Shown here: positions 46,764 to 55,804 of the stretch, piece after piece
How positions within the stretch are numbered: the stretch's first letter is position 1
How the letters are laid out: each line of letters begins with the position of its first letter
Assembly (NCBI GenBank): GCA_964385425.1
Contig: CAYLOQ010000001.1
Location: forward strand, 161,420 to 225,419
Source of the DNA: Candidatus Woesearchaeota archaeon
GTDB taxonomy: Archaea; Nanobdellota; Nanobdellia; Pacearchaeales; GW2011-AR1
DNA: 64,000 nucleotides
Direction of reading: 5' to 3'
Program-made: the position numbers and the translations under genes
Notes under the pieces: model-generated
Databases searched by the model: none
The model's input: only the letters and a program-made list of their open reading frames with translations
What the model was told of the DNA's origin: nothing

Positions 46764-48203
46764 ATGTCAAAGAAGAATAAAGACGGATTAAAAGAAAAAA
46801 AAGAGGAGAATTTTAGTTCGTGGTACAGTAAGATACTCGATAGAGCAGAAATAGTTGATTTAAGGTTAGGTATCAAGGGTTTTATTGTTATAAGGCCCTG
46901 GGGAGCCTCCATAATAGAAAATACCTACAAACTCTATGAAGCCGAGTTGCAGGAAAAAGGTCATAAGCTAACAATTATGCCCTCGGTAATTCCAGAATCA
47001 AACCTAAAAAAGGAAGCGAATCACATAAAAGGATTTACTCCAGAAGTTTTTTGGCTCCAAACATTAAAAGGAGAAGAAAAACTGGCGCTAAGACCGACGA
47101 GCGAAACTCTCTATACTCCAATGTTTGCATTATGGATAAGAAGCCACAGGGATCTACCCTTAAAATTATATCAAAAGGGTTCTGTTTTTAGATATGATAC
47201 CAAAGCAACAAGACCTTTGATACGTGGTCGTGAATTTCAATGGATAGAAACACACAACGCATTTGCAACAAAAAAAGCAGCAGAAGCACAAGTCCAAGAA
47301 GACATTCAAATAACAGAAAAGATCCTGCACCAGAAATTAGGTATTCCTTTTCTACCAATGAAAAGACCTGAATGGGATAAGTTTGCAGGAGCAGAATATA
47401 CAATTGGATCAGATGTCTTAATGCCTGATGGAAAAGTCATCCAGCAACCTTCAACCCATTTAATGGGGCAGAAATTCTCAAAAGCGTTCAACGCAAAATT
47501 CAAAAATGAAAAAGGGGATGAAGAATATTTATGGACTACTGCTTATGGTCCTGCGATGTCCAGAATTCTTGTATCTATAATTTCTACTCATGGAGACGAT
47601 AAGGGACTAATTCTACCTTTCCATATTTCCCCTTTACAGATTATCATAGTCCCAATTTACACTAAAAAAAATAGAAAAAGAGTTCTTGAAGAATCAGAAA
47701 AAATAAAGAAAAAGATAGAATCTTTTGAATTGAGGGTTGAAATTGATAAAAGTGAAAAAAGACCAGGAGAAAAATATTACGAATGGGAGATTCGTGGAGT
47801 ACCTTTCAGATTAGAAATCGGTGAAGCAGAAATTAAGAATAAAGGAGCCACCCTCTTTACAAGAGACACTGGAAAAAAAGAAAATATTTCTATAAAAAAT
47901 TTATCTAGATTAAAAGACTATGGAGAAAAATTTGATGAGAGATTAAGAAAAAAAGCAGAAAAATTTATGAATGGAAAAATAGTAAACAGCAAAACTAAAG
48001 ACCAAATAAAAAAAGCTATGAATGATAGAAAAATTGCTAGGATAAACTGGTGCTCTGAATTAAGATGTGCTGAAAAGATTGAAAAAGAAATAAATGCAGA
48101 GGTTAGAGGAACCCTAGCAAATAAAAGAGAAAAACCAACAGGTAAATGCATTATCTGTAACAAACCAGCGAGGGAAGTCGTATACGTTGCTAAAAGCTAT
48201 TAA
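46764..48203 (+). CDS. proS: Proline--tRNA ligase, archaeal/eukaryotic type
   Basis: LRPTSET, FRYDTK.TRPLIRGREF, C-terminal Zn domain ending VAKSY. Confidence 0.96.
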   Translation: MSKKNKDGLKEKKEENFSSWYSKILDRAEIVDLRLGIKGFIVIRPWGASIIENTYKLYEAELQEKGHKLTIMPSVIPESNLKKEANHIKGFTPEVFWLQTLKGEEKLALRPTSETLYTPMFALWIRSHRDLPLKLYQKGSVFRYDTKATRPLIRGREFQWIETHNAFATKKAAEAQVQEDIQITEKILHQKLGIPFLPMKRPEWDKFAGAEYTIGSDVLMPDGKVIQQPSTHLMGQKFSKAFNAKFKNEKGDEEYLWTTAYGPAMSRILVSIISTHGDDKGLILPFHISPLQIIIVPIYTKKNRKRVLEESEKIKKKIESFELRVEIDKSEKRPGEKYYEWEIRGVPFRLEIGEAEIKNKGATLFTRDTGKKENISIKNLSRLKDYGEKFDERLRKKAEKFMNGKIVNSKTKDQIKKAMNDRKIARINWCSELRCAEKIEKEINAEVRGTLANKREKPTGKCIICNKPAREVVYVAKSY

Positions 48204-48225
48204 AATCTTTCTTGTTAAATTCTGG

Positions 48226-48516
48226 CTACTGTTCTGATTGGACAACCATGCTCAACTCATGCTCTAACTTAAGAGTTATCTCCATCAAAAAGTTAAGCTC
48301 TCTTTCCACCAATACTCGCTCAGTTGTTTCCATTAAGGCTTCCATTGTTTTTTTGTAAGCCGCAACAAAATTCAAATCTTTCCAAGCTGAATTAATAAGA
48401 AATCTTTCTCAATTCAACCCAGACAAAAGACTGAATTAAATTGAGGCGTCTATATTTTTTTTAATAGTGTAAACTAGAACAAAAGAATAAAATGTATCTT
48501 CTATTCTAGCACTCAT
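48226..48516 (-). pseudogene. Possible degraded ORF (97 codons, two internal stops)
   Basis: ATG at 48516 with a TATA-like upstream; coding-like frame interrupted by TAA and TGA. Confidence 0.3.
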
Positions 48517-48564
48517 AGGTAAATTAAGAAAAACTAGTTTTTATATGTTTCTGTAATAGGGTAT

Positions 48565-48819
48565 CTATTTTTTAGTGGGGAATTCTCCATCTAAAAATAT
48601 TCCTGGAGTAGTTACGCCAAGTGCCTCTGCTATTCTCACAATAGCTTCTAAACTAGGATTAGCAGTAGCATTTTCAATTCTTGATAAATATGATTTATCA
48701 TAACATGATTCTTTTCCCAATTCGGTTAAGCTCATCCCACTACATTCCCTAAAGAAACGAACATTATATCCAAAATTTTTTCTTATTCTATGATATCTTG
48801 GCGATTCTTTATCTGTCAT
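48565..48819 (-). CDS. XRE-family helix-turn-helix protein
   Basis: R...GMSLTELG....YDKSYLSRIENATANPSLEAIVRIAEALGV. Confidence 0.9.
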   Translation of the reverse strand: MTDKESPRYHRIRKNFGYNVRFFRECSGMSLTELGKESCYDKSYLSRIENATANPSLEAIVRIAEALGVTTPGIFLDGEFPTKK

Positions 48820-48820
48820 T

Positions 48821-49549
48821 TTAATTTAAACCCTTAACTCTAACAGAATGTCTATTTGGACAATAAGCACCACTACCTCCAATTCGCATCTCGTTTCTTA
48901 CAGAAGATGGCACTAATTCTGATATGACCCCTATGCACTTTTCTCCCAATTCCCAATTAAGCGGTTGCCTACTTACTAGAAAATAAACCTTTGAATTAAA
49001 TTGTCCGTAAAACTTTGAAATTCTTTCGGCATTCTCTTGTCCACCAAATAGTCCAATAGCTGCTGGATTTTTGGAAAGTTGTGAAAGATTTTGTTTTCCA
49101 ACTTTGAATCCATAAGGAACAAATCTTATTTTTCTATCATCAGAAAATACAACTCCTTCCCTCTCATCTGAACCCAATCTTGATTCTAGAGTTTTCTCAT
49201 CCATAAGAATTAATCCAGAAAACCCAAATTTATCATGATCAACAGTAACGACACAAGGATTATCCTGAAAAAACAATCCTTCTTCCCCATATGAAATTCC
49301 TGTATCCCCTGTTAAACCATAACCAAAAAAATTCTTAATTAGCTTTGCGGCCCTTTTATCTGGATTTTCAAAAGAATATTCAGCTAAACAAGATAATTCA
49401 GAAACAGTAGGAATTCTAAGTTCTTTTGCATGAGCTTCATGCCTTAAACTCTCAAAGTAAGTCGGTCCAAAGAGTTCTAGATTAAACAAGAGATTAGAAT
49501 CATTTAAAGCTAGAAAATTTCCTTCTTCTAATGCTATTTGGTTTGTCAT
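48821..49549 (-). CDS. AvpA-like / C-type-lectin-fold-like protein (resembles DPANN DGR variable proteins)
   Basis: RIPTVSEL, GLTGDTGI, QDNP, GVVFSDD..IRFVPYGFK, KNP...L.GG...AE pattern recalled from the AvpA family. Confidence 0.5.
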   Translation of the reverse strand: MTNQIALEEGNFLALNDSNLLFNLELFGPTYFESLRHEAHAKELRIPTVSELSCLAEYSFENPDKRAAKLIKNFFGYGLTGDTGISYGEEGLFFQDNPCVVTVDHDKFGFSGLILMDEKTLESRLGSDEREGVVFSDDRKIRFVPYGFKVGKQNLSQLSKNPAAIGLFGGQENAERISKFYGQFNSKVYFLVSRQPLNWELGEKCIGVISELVPSSVRNEMRIGGSGAYCPNRHSVRVKGLN

Positions 49550-49553
49550 TTTC

Positions 49554-49928
49554 TCAAATCCCTGAACAATGGTTTATTGTTTGCATCCTTCTTGTGGAAG
49601 ATACAGTTACCTTAAATCCATGCTCTCTTTCCAAATATATTCTAACATAATTGGACATAATGATCTTTGTATCATAATTTAAACTTAAATCCCCATAGGA
49701 TATTGGTATTTCAAAAGGAAGTTCTTCGTCAAAGAGAATTTCATAAGCTCTTTTCGCTTTTACTTCAGAGCCAAAATCCACGATAACTCTACATTCTAAT
49801 TCAAGAAGTTTTTTTGCTAAATCTTGTTCTGGTTGATCAAAAGTTTTTTCTAAAGTACCACTGTTGGTCACCGTGCCTAAACCAAGAAGAGAAGATAATA
49901 AAAAATTACGTCTTGTTGTTTCTGGCAT
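49554..49928 (-). CDS. Hypothetical protein with twin-arginine-like signal
   Basis: TTRRNFLLSSLLGLG. Confidence 0.55.
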   Translation of the reverse strand: MPETTRRNFLLSSLLGLGTVTNSGTLEKTFDQPEQDLAKKLLELECRVIVDFGSEVKAKRAYEILFDEELPFEIPISYGDLSLNYDTKIIMSNYVRIYLEREHGFKVTVSSTRRMQTINHCSGI

Positions 49929-49929
49929 T

Positions 49930-50835
49930 TTAAGTAAAATCTAGTCCCTTCTCACCCCTCATTCTTGCACGGCTTTTTTGGAATCTTAGCATCTCGTGAT
50001 AGTTTATTATTCTGTAAAGGGTAAAATCATTTTTCTCTTCAATTCTCTGACAAGGAAGACTGGTTACACCATCAGGAAAACTTTCTATATAGGAAACACT
50101 ACATTCTCCAAGGCTTATTTCAAAAGGCCCTCTACCGCCCCCGAATTTTGCATCTGCTCCCCTCCATACAGAAATTTGAACCAAATCTCCAAAATTCCTG
50201 TATTTATCATAAAATATGGATGAATCAAAGTGAGATACATCATCTCCAAAATTTTGCTCTGCTTTATCAAAATCCTCAGAAGTCTCAACTGGCCATCCAG
50301 TATCTTTATCGTATTCTACAACCCAACCACTGTAAGGCACTTCAATTTTTGTTCTTTTACCGCCTTCGGCTCGCCATCCAAATCTATCACTACGATAAAT
50401 TAATTCTGGGAGTTCTACTAATTCTTCTCTTTTGTAAAGAAAAGTAGATGTGTGACTCTCTCCAACATCTCTCTTCCAGACATCTCTAAATTCTGGGCTT
50501 ATCCACTTTCCATTTTCATCCTGCCCAAAATAAGCACAATTCAGCTCAGCAAGTGTCGGAGCATTTATGAAAAAATATTCCTCATTAAAAGAATGTGTTT
50601 TATGCTTTTTTCCCAGATAAAAACTTGTATCAACACCCCCCCTAACATCTCTTTGTGCTTCTATAAGAACTTTGGATTCGAGTTTTAATTTTGGTATTTT
50701 ACTTAAATCTCCTTTCCATTTTCTTTCTGGTGTAAAGGTTGATTGTTGCTCTGTCATAAATTTTTCAACCCACCCCCCTATAAATAATATCTTGATAAAA
50801 ATATTCCAATAGGAATATTTATAAAATCCATCCAA
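49930..50835 (-). CDS. Hypothetical protein, possibly C-type-lectin-fold-like
   Basis: APTLAEL motif; YDKDTGWP..TS...FGDD.S.F; RG...GPF. Confidence 0.55.
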   Translation of the reverse strand: MDGFYKYSYWNIFIKILFIGGWVEKFMTEQQSTFTPERKWKGDLSKIPKLKLESKVLIEAQRDVRGGVDTSFYLGKKHKTHSFNEEYFFINAPTLAELNCAYFGQDENGKWISPEFRDVWKRDVGESHTSTFLYKREELVELPELIYRSDRFGWRAEGGKRTKIEVPYSGWVVEYDKDTGWPVETSEDFDKAEQNFGDDVSHFDSSIFYDKYRNFGDLVQISVWRGADAKFGGGRGPFEISLGECSVSYIESFPDGVTSLPCQRIEEKNDFTLYRIINYHEMLRFQKSRARMRGEKGLDFT

Positions 50836-50846
50836 GTAATAATAAA

Positions 50847-51389
50847 ATGATATTTGACATTACTCATCTCAAGAAAATAAGAAGGCAGTTAGATCTGACA
50901 CAACATCAATTCGCTCGAGAGATTGGGATAAGTCAGTCAATGATAGCAAAAATAGAGGCGGGTAAATTAGATCCTACTTATTCTTATGTTAAAAAAATTG
51001 AAGGTGCTATTAATTCATTAATGAAAAAGGAAGAAAAAGAAGCAAAAGACATAATGATAAAAAATCTGATAAAAGCAAAACCAAAAGATAAAGCGAGTGA
51101 TATAATTAAACTAATGAATAAACATGCTATTTCTCAATTGCCTGTTTTACAGGGTGGTAAGGTTGTTGGTTTAATAACTGAATCAAGCATATTGGAGAAA
51201 GATTTGGAAGAAATTAAAAATTTAAAAGTTAAAGATTTAATGATAGAGGCACCTCCCTTAATAGCAGAAGATACAGGGATTTCAGTTATACTTTCCCTGC
51301 TTAAATATTATCCCTTAGTTATCATTTCAAAAAAAGGAAAACTCATTGGTTTGATTACAAAAGCTGATTTGATTAATAGTTTGCTTTAA
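50847..51389 (+). CDS. HTH plus CBS-pair transcriptional regulator
   Basis: LTQHQFAREIGISQSMIAKIEAGKLDP; two CBS motifs (ISQLPV, GLITKADL). Confidence 0.92.
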   Translation: MIFDITHLKKIRRQLDLTQHQFAREIGISQSMIAKIEAGKLDPTYSYVKKIEGAINSLMKKEEKEAKDIMIKNLIKAKPKDKASDIIKLMNKHAISQLPVLQGGKVVGLITESSILEKDLEEIKNLKVKDLMIEAPPLIAEDTGISVILSLLKYYPLVIISKKGKLIGLITKADLINSLL

Positions 51390-51428
51390 GCACATAAATC
51401 TTTATTAATAAATTAGGCAAGTTAAGCT

Positions 51429-51740
51429 ATGGTTTTAGATACTAAAAATATTGTTAATATAATAATAGGAATAATTGTTGCAATTTCGATTTCTATATTA
51501 TTTACATATGAATTATATACTTTTCAGTCATTATACATTTTTTTGATTCTTACATTAATTCTTCTTTTAGCAATAATATGGGCAGCAAATGCAAACACAA
51601 ATGAAATAAAAGATGAATTGGAAATTCAAAAATTAGAACAAAAACGATTAAGCGAAAAACTTAAAATACACGAAAAACTTATAGATATTAAGTCGGATAT
51701 AAAAAATTTACAAAAAATGGTTCATGGCAAGAAAAAGTAG
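51429..51740 (+). CDS. Two-TM membrane protein with coiled-coil tail
   Basis: Hydropathy pattern. Confidence 0.6.
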   Translation: MVLDTKNIVNIIIGIIVAISISILFTYELYTFQSLYIFLILTLILLLAIIWAANANTNEIKDELEIQKLEQKRLSEKLKIHEKLIDIKSDIKNLQKMVHGKKK

Positions 51741-51831
51741 CCCAGCAGACACAGTTTTGGAAATAATAAAAATTATAATTATAATTATAATAGGATTTAT
51801 AATAATTAAAGCTCTTCTTGGAGTCGCTTAA
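51724..51831 (+). CDS. Possible 35-aa single-TM peptide
   Basis: Manual translation MARKSSPADTVLEIIKIIIIIIIGFIIIKALLGVA. Confidence 0.4.
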   Translation: MARKSSPADTVLEIIKIIIIIIIGFIIIKALLGVA

Positions 51832-52867
51832 CCAACTTCTCCAAATTCTCTCTAAATCTTTCTATATCTTCAACACCTATTTGCCCCCCAATAGCGTCCT
51901 CGTGTCCTCCCCCTCTAGCCCTTTCAATTCCTTCAATTGCCTTTAGAAAAATTCCCCTGATTTTTTTCCCCCTCATAGAGATATTTGCCCTAATTCCTTT
52001 AATGTAAGCAACAATAACAATTTTATCAGGAAACAAATAGGCTAACTCATTCGCTAGTTTTCCACTTATACTCAAATCTCCCCCATACTGAAAAAACAAT
52101 AGTTTTTCTTTTTCCTTTCCAATTAAAATAGCTTTCTTCAAGAATTTTTGGTGGTGTGACTCTATTTGATTGAACCTCTGATGCATTGAATGGTTCTTAG
52201 GAGTTTCTTCTAAAACTTCATAAGGTGTTTTAACTTTCATTAAAAACCTCAACATATTTATGACATTCGTCGTCCTGTCCTTTAAACCGGCCCCAAAGAT
52301 CTTTGCTATTCTTCCTATCTGAGATTTATAGAAGATATCAAAAGGTTTTTTTGATTTAATAGTTAGATCAGGATATTTTTTCTTAAATTCTGGATAAAAA
52401 TCAGGAACAAACCTATCAAAGATGCATCCAACAATTGCGAGCCAGAGGTCTTCCTTTCTATTAGCTATTTGATAACAGAGAGCTGTAACTGGCTCATCAC
52501 CCTTCTTTTTATTAAAAATAGGGTTATAATAATTAACAAAAGAGGGTACGTCTTCTTTATCTATCAGATGGTGATCTATCCAGACTATAGGTATATTTAC
52601 TTGATATATCATCTCAAGAAATTCTATAGAAACAATAGGTTTATCTAAAATAAAAATGTAATCCGCATTTAACTCTTTTATTTTTCTAAAATATTCTGGT
52701 ATTAATTCTGGGAACGATTTTATAGGGATCCCTTTCCCCCTTCCTAAATATCTCTGCAACAAGAGAAAAGAACACAAACCATCCTGATCATTATCAAAGA
52801 AAAACAAAGGATTCTGCGCCTTATCCAAATGTTCTCTAATTTCTTTAACTTGTTTTTTGGTCAGCAT
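51806..52867 (-). CDS. DHH-family phosphoesterase with DHHA1 domain
   Basis: D.DQDG, FILD, WIDHH, C-terminal GGGH. Confidence 0.88.
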   Translation of the reverse strand: MLTKKQVKEIREHLDKAQNPLFFFDNDQDGLCSFLLLQRYLGRGKGIPIKSFPELIPEYFRKIKELNADYIFILDKPIVSIEFLEMIYQVNIPIVWIDHHLIDKEDVPSFVNYYNPIFNKKKGDEPVTALCYQIANRKEDLWLAIVGCIFDRFVPDFYPEFKKKYPDLTIKSKKPFDIFYKSQIGRIAKIFGAGLKDRTTNVINMLRFLMKVKTPYEVLEETPKNHSMHQRFNQIESHHQKFLKKAILIGKEKEKLLFFQYGGDLSISGKLANELAYLFPDKIVIVAYIKGIRANISMRGKKIRGIFLKAIEGIERARGGGHEDAIGGQIGVEDIERFRENLEKLVKRLQEEL

Positions 52868-52890
52868 AAATTAAAATAATAACAAGGTAT

Positions 52891-53886
52891 TTAATATTTC
52901 GCAAAACTTTCCGCCACCAAGATAGGGAACAAAATAGTTGCATCTCCAAACACCTTCACCCTATCGCTCTTCACAGTCAGTTTCCCCCATGAAACAGCCT
53001 CTTCAGGAAGGGCACCTGCATCGCTTCCGTCAAACTCTGCAGCATTATTAATATAAACAGCATAATCAGCACCATTTCTATACATATTTGCATTGAGGAT
53101 GCTGTGTTTTACAATTCCTGCTCCAAGAATTATTACACCTGATTTCTCCAACCCAATTGTAGAATTATTAAATTCTTTCGTATCCTCTGAAATATCAATG
53201 ACAAAATCTTCACGCTTATGTTTGAAAAAATATATCATATCCCCCAGGCTTCCATCCATTATTGTAGGACAGTGTATCCTGATCTGATTTTTCCAGGCCC
53301 AGTAACAAATACTCTCTTTATTATTTATCTGTTCTCCGAGCTTCCAAACAATTTCATAGGTCAAAAGTGGTCTTCCTCTTCTTTTTTGTTCTTGATAAAG
53401 TTCTTCGAGAACAGGAAGAACGAATTCCTCAAATTTTACATACCTAGAATTAGGTACAAAAATATTTCCGATTCTATTGACAGATTTTTCTCTTAATTCA
53501 GATCCTTTTGCACGGAAATCTCCCAGAATAAAATCTCCTAAACACTTGATTATGTCCTCTTCAATACCCCCTCCTGTTGTAACGCAAATATCTACTTTCT
53601 TATGTTCGATGAGGTATCTTATAACTTCTCTTACACCAGAACTCACCATGTTAGAGGTATATCCAAGATATATATTTGCCTTGTCCCTTATCATCTTATT
53701 GACAATCTCTATCGCCTTAGAAAAATTACTCGCCTGAAAACCAGAACTCGAGAAGGTCTTTACAATCTCTCCATAATCAATTCCCTTGTTAAAATCATAT
53801 CCCTCTATCCTTATCCCAGAGATTTCTTCTCCGACCCTTAAGAGATTCTTCCTGGCGATCTCTTCCTTGTCAATTTTTTCTTCCAT
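52891..53886 (-). CDS. dys: Deoxyhypusine synthase
   Basis: GYTSNMVSSG, TGGGIEED, DGSLGD, DGSDAGA.PEEAVSWGK. Confidence 0.96.
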   Translation of the reverse strand: MEEKIDKEEIARKNLLRVGEEISGIRIEGYDFNKGIDYGEIVKTFSSSGFQASNFSKAIEIVNKMIRDKANIYLGYTSNMVSSGVREVIRYLIEHKKVDICVTTGGGIEEDIIKCLGDFILGDFRAKGSELREKSVNRIGNIFVPNSRYVKFEEFVLPVLEELYQEQKRRGRPLLTYEIVWKLGEQINNKESICYWAWKNQIRIHCPTIMDGSLGDMIYFFKHKREDFVIDISEDTKEFNNSTIGLEKSGVIILGAGIVKHSILNANMYRNGADYAVYINNAAEFDGSDAGALPEEAVSWGKLTVKSDRVKVFGDATILFPILVAESFAKY

Positions 53887-54039
53887 TATGCAAATGACTG
53901 TGTCGATTTGTATTTATTTTTCATATGTGATATCCTAATGAGCATTTTTTCTTCCATAAACATTCGTAAAAACCTGATTTTAAAAACATATGTATTTCTT
54001 CAGCATAATCTTTTTAAACAGATTGAAACTGATAATCTC

Positions 54040-54255
54040 ATGAATAAATGGCTAGAACTTTTAGGAGGATTGGTCCTTCTCATAGGAGCAATTTTAATAG
54101 CCTGGTCATCCTCAGCATATTCATGGGGGTTATTTGGTAAAGATTTTAATTTCCTACACTCTGCATGGATTTTTCTTAAAGGAGGAATATTTTGGTTCGT
54201 TATAATGATCTCCCTTCTTCTTATTCTGCTAGGAATCAACGATATTAAAGAATAG
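54040..54255 (+). CDS. Small two-TM membrane protein
   Basis: MNKWLELLGGLVLLIG...; ATG at 54040 preferred over the longer track ORF. Confidence 0.6.
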   Translation: MNKWLELLGGLVLLIGAILIAWSSSAYSWGLFGKDFNFLHSAWIFLKGGIFWFVIMISLLLILLGINDIKE

Positions 54256-54308
54256 AATAATTTTTCTCAGTTTACTAAAAAATAAAGTAAAAATAAAAAT
54301 TTAAAGGT

Positions 54309-54437
54309 TTATTTAACAAAAAGAGTTATTAATACCAAAACTCCGCCAATCGCAGATAGGTAGAAACTCGTGCCCCAAAAAGCACCGACAATTGCAGCCA
54401 CTGCCCCAATCGCCCCCCAGGTAGTTTGCCAAGCCAT
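54309..54437 (-). CDS. 42-aa Gly/Ala-rich hydrophobic hairpin peptide
   Basis: Manual translation MAWQTTWGAIGAVAAIVGAFWGTSFYLSAIGGVLVLITLFVK; strong SD AAGGAGGT 7-8 nt upstream of ATG. Confidence 0.65.
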   Translation of the reverse strand: MAWQTTWGAIGAVAAIVGAFWGTSFYLSAIGGVLVLITLFVK

Positions 54438-54506
54438 GTTAACCTCCTTTTTTATTTAATTTAATACCCCTATTAATAAGATATAGTATATAAAACTATC
54501 TTCTAA

Positions 54507-55118
54507 TTATCTAACCAGAAAAATAAGACCCCCTTCTATAATTGACGCAATGATCAAAAGAGGGATAACGACGAATATAAAAACCCTTAAAGAATCCCAA
54601 AAATATTTCTTGAAAGTTTCTATTCTATTCTTCCGTAAGATGAAAGAACCTAATTTTAGACCCAACCCAAGAGAAATAAAAAGCGCAGGAATTTCAAAGA
54701 TCCCATGAGGAAATAACTTCAATAAAATTAAAACACCCCCTGTTTGTACACTTAATGAAGCCACAAATCCCAGCAAATAACCATTAGCAATAACAGATAT
54801 TAGAGGGAAGATTCCCAATAAGACACCAAGAATCATTCCAAAAAAACTTCCCTGGACATTATTAAAGAAAATAAATCTTGTTAACTCTCCTTGAGACATT
54901 CCCTGGGTTTTTTGCAATAAGTCCTGTATAAATCTAGCTATCTGCTCTGAGATATATTCTGGAACAGGAAGAAAAAAACCAATTAAAGAGAACAAAAAGA
55001 AAATGATGATTATAGAATAAATGAAATTCCTCGATTCTTTTATATAGTTCCAACTCTGAACATAATTGTCCTGAAAAAATCCTTTTTTTCTCTTTATTTT
55101 TTTTGTTGCCATCTTCAA
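54507..55118 (-). CDS. SpoIIM-family membrane protein
   Basis: FIFFNN, NGYLLG, PHGIFEIPA, IASIIEG. Confidence 0.88.
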   Translation of the reverse strand: MKMATKKIKRKKGFFQDNYVQSWNYIKESRNFIYSIIIIFFLFSLIGFFLPVPEYISEQIARFIQDLLQKTQGMSQGELTRFIFFNNVQGSFFGMILGVLLGIFPLISVIANGYLLGFVASLSVQTGGVLILLKLFPHGIFEIPALFISLGLGLKLGSFILRKNRIETFKKYFWDSLRVFIFVVIPLLIIASIIEGGLIFLVR

Positions 55119-55124
55119 AAATAA

Positions 55125-55802
55125 TTAGCTAAAATGCCTGCTGATATAACTCGTCTTTCTTTTATATTTTTTTCTTAAATAAATGCCGTAAATTATGCCG
55201 GCAAAAAGTCCTCCAAAGTGAGCCGTGTTTCCAATAGGAACATCTCCTGCGATAGAGATCAACCAAAGGACAAATAACAACCCAGGAATTGCGTATTTTG
55301 CTTTTATGGGAATTGGAATAAACATTATATAAAGGGGGAGGTTTGGTGTTAGAATTACCATAAGGCCTGCTACACCAAACAAAGCTCCTGAAGCTCCTAC
55401 AGCAAAAGAGTTAAAATCTGCGGGGAAGATCAAGGAAAGTAAAACGAAAAACAATCCAGCAATTAATCCTGAAGCAAGATAAAAGTAAAGATACCTCTTT
55501 GCCCCGAGAATTCTTTCAATAAGAGTCCCTATAAAAAAAAGGGAAAACATGTTTGCAAAAATGTGGAAAAGTCCTCCGTGCATAAACATGCTTGTAACAA
55601 AAGTCCAGAGATATTTTCCTTGAAGGATGTTCGCCGGTTTTATAGCTATAGATTCAATTGAAATAAGATTTGTTCCCAAAAGAATCGTAAAAACAAAAAA
55701 AGCGGCAACATTGATAAGAATCAAAGTAAATGTCACACTAAAGGCTGTAAAAATACTTTTTCGTTTTCTATGATTGATTCTATACATCCCCATCATTTTC
55801 AA
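55125..55802 (-). CDS. Rhomboid intramembrane serine protease
   Basis: TSMFMHGG..HIFANM, GASG, AHFGG. Confidence 0.93.
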   Translation of the reverse strand: MKMMGMYRINHRKRKSIFTAFSVTFTLILINVAAFFVFTILLGTNLISIESIAIKPANILQGKYLWTFVTSMFMHGGLFHIFANMFSLFFIGTLIERILGAKRYLYFYLASGLIAGLFFVLLSLIFPADFNSFAVGASGALFGVAGLMVILTPNLPLYIMFIPIPIKAKYAIPGLLFVLWLISIAGDVPIGNTAHFGGLFAGIIYGIYLRKKYKRKTSYISRHFS

Positions 55803-55804
55803 AA

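Noticed and set aside
48226-48516. Stop-codon reassignment as the explanation for the interrupted frame
   Set aside because: Two different stops (TAA and TGA) are involved, and core genes in the window terminate normally with all three stops
51766-51806. ATAATT-type tandem repeat
   Set aside because: Explained by a poly-Ile coding run in a small TM peptide
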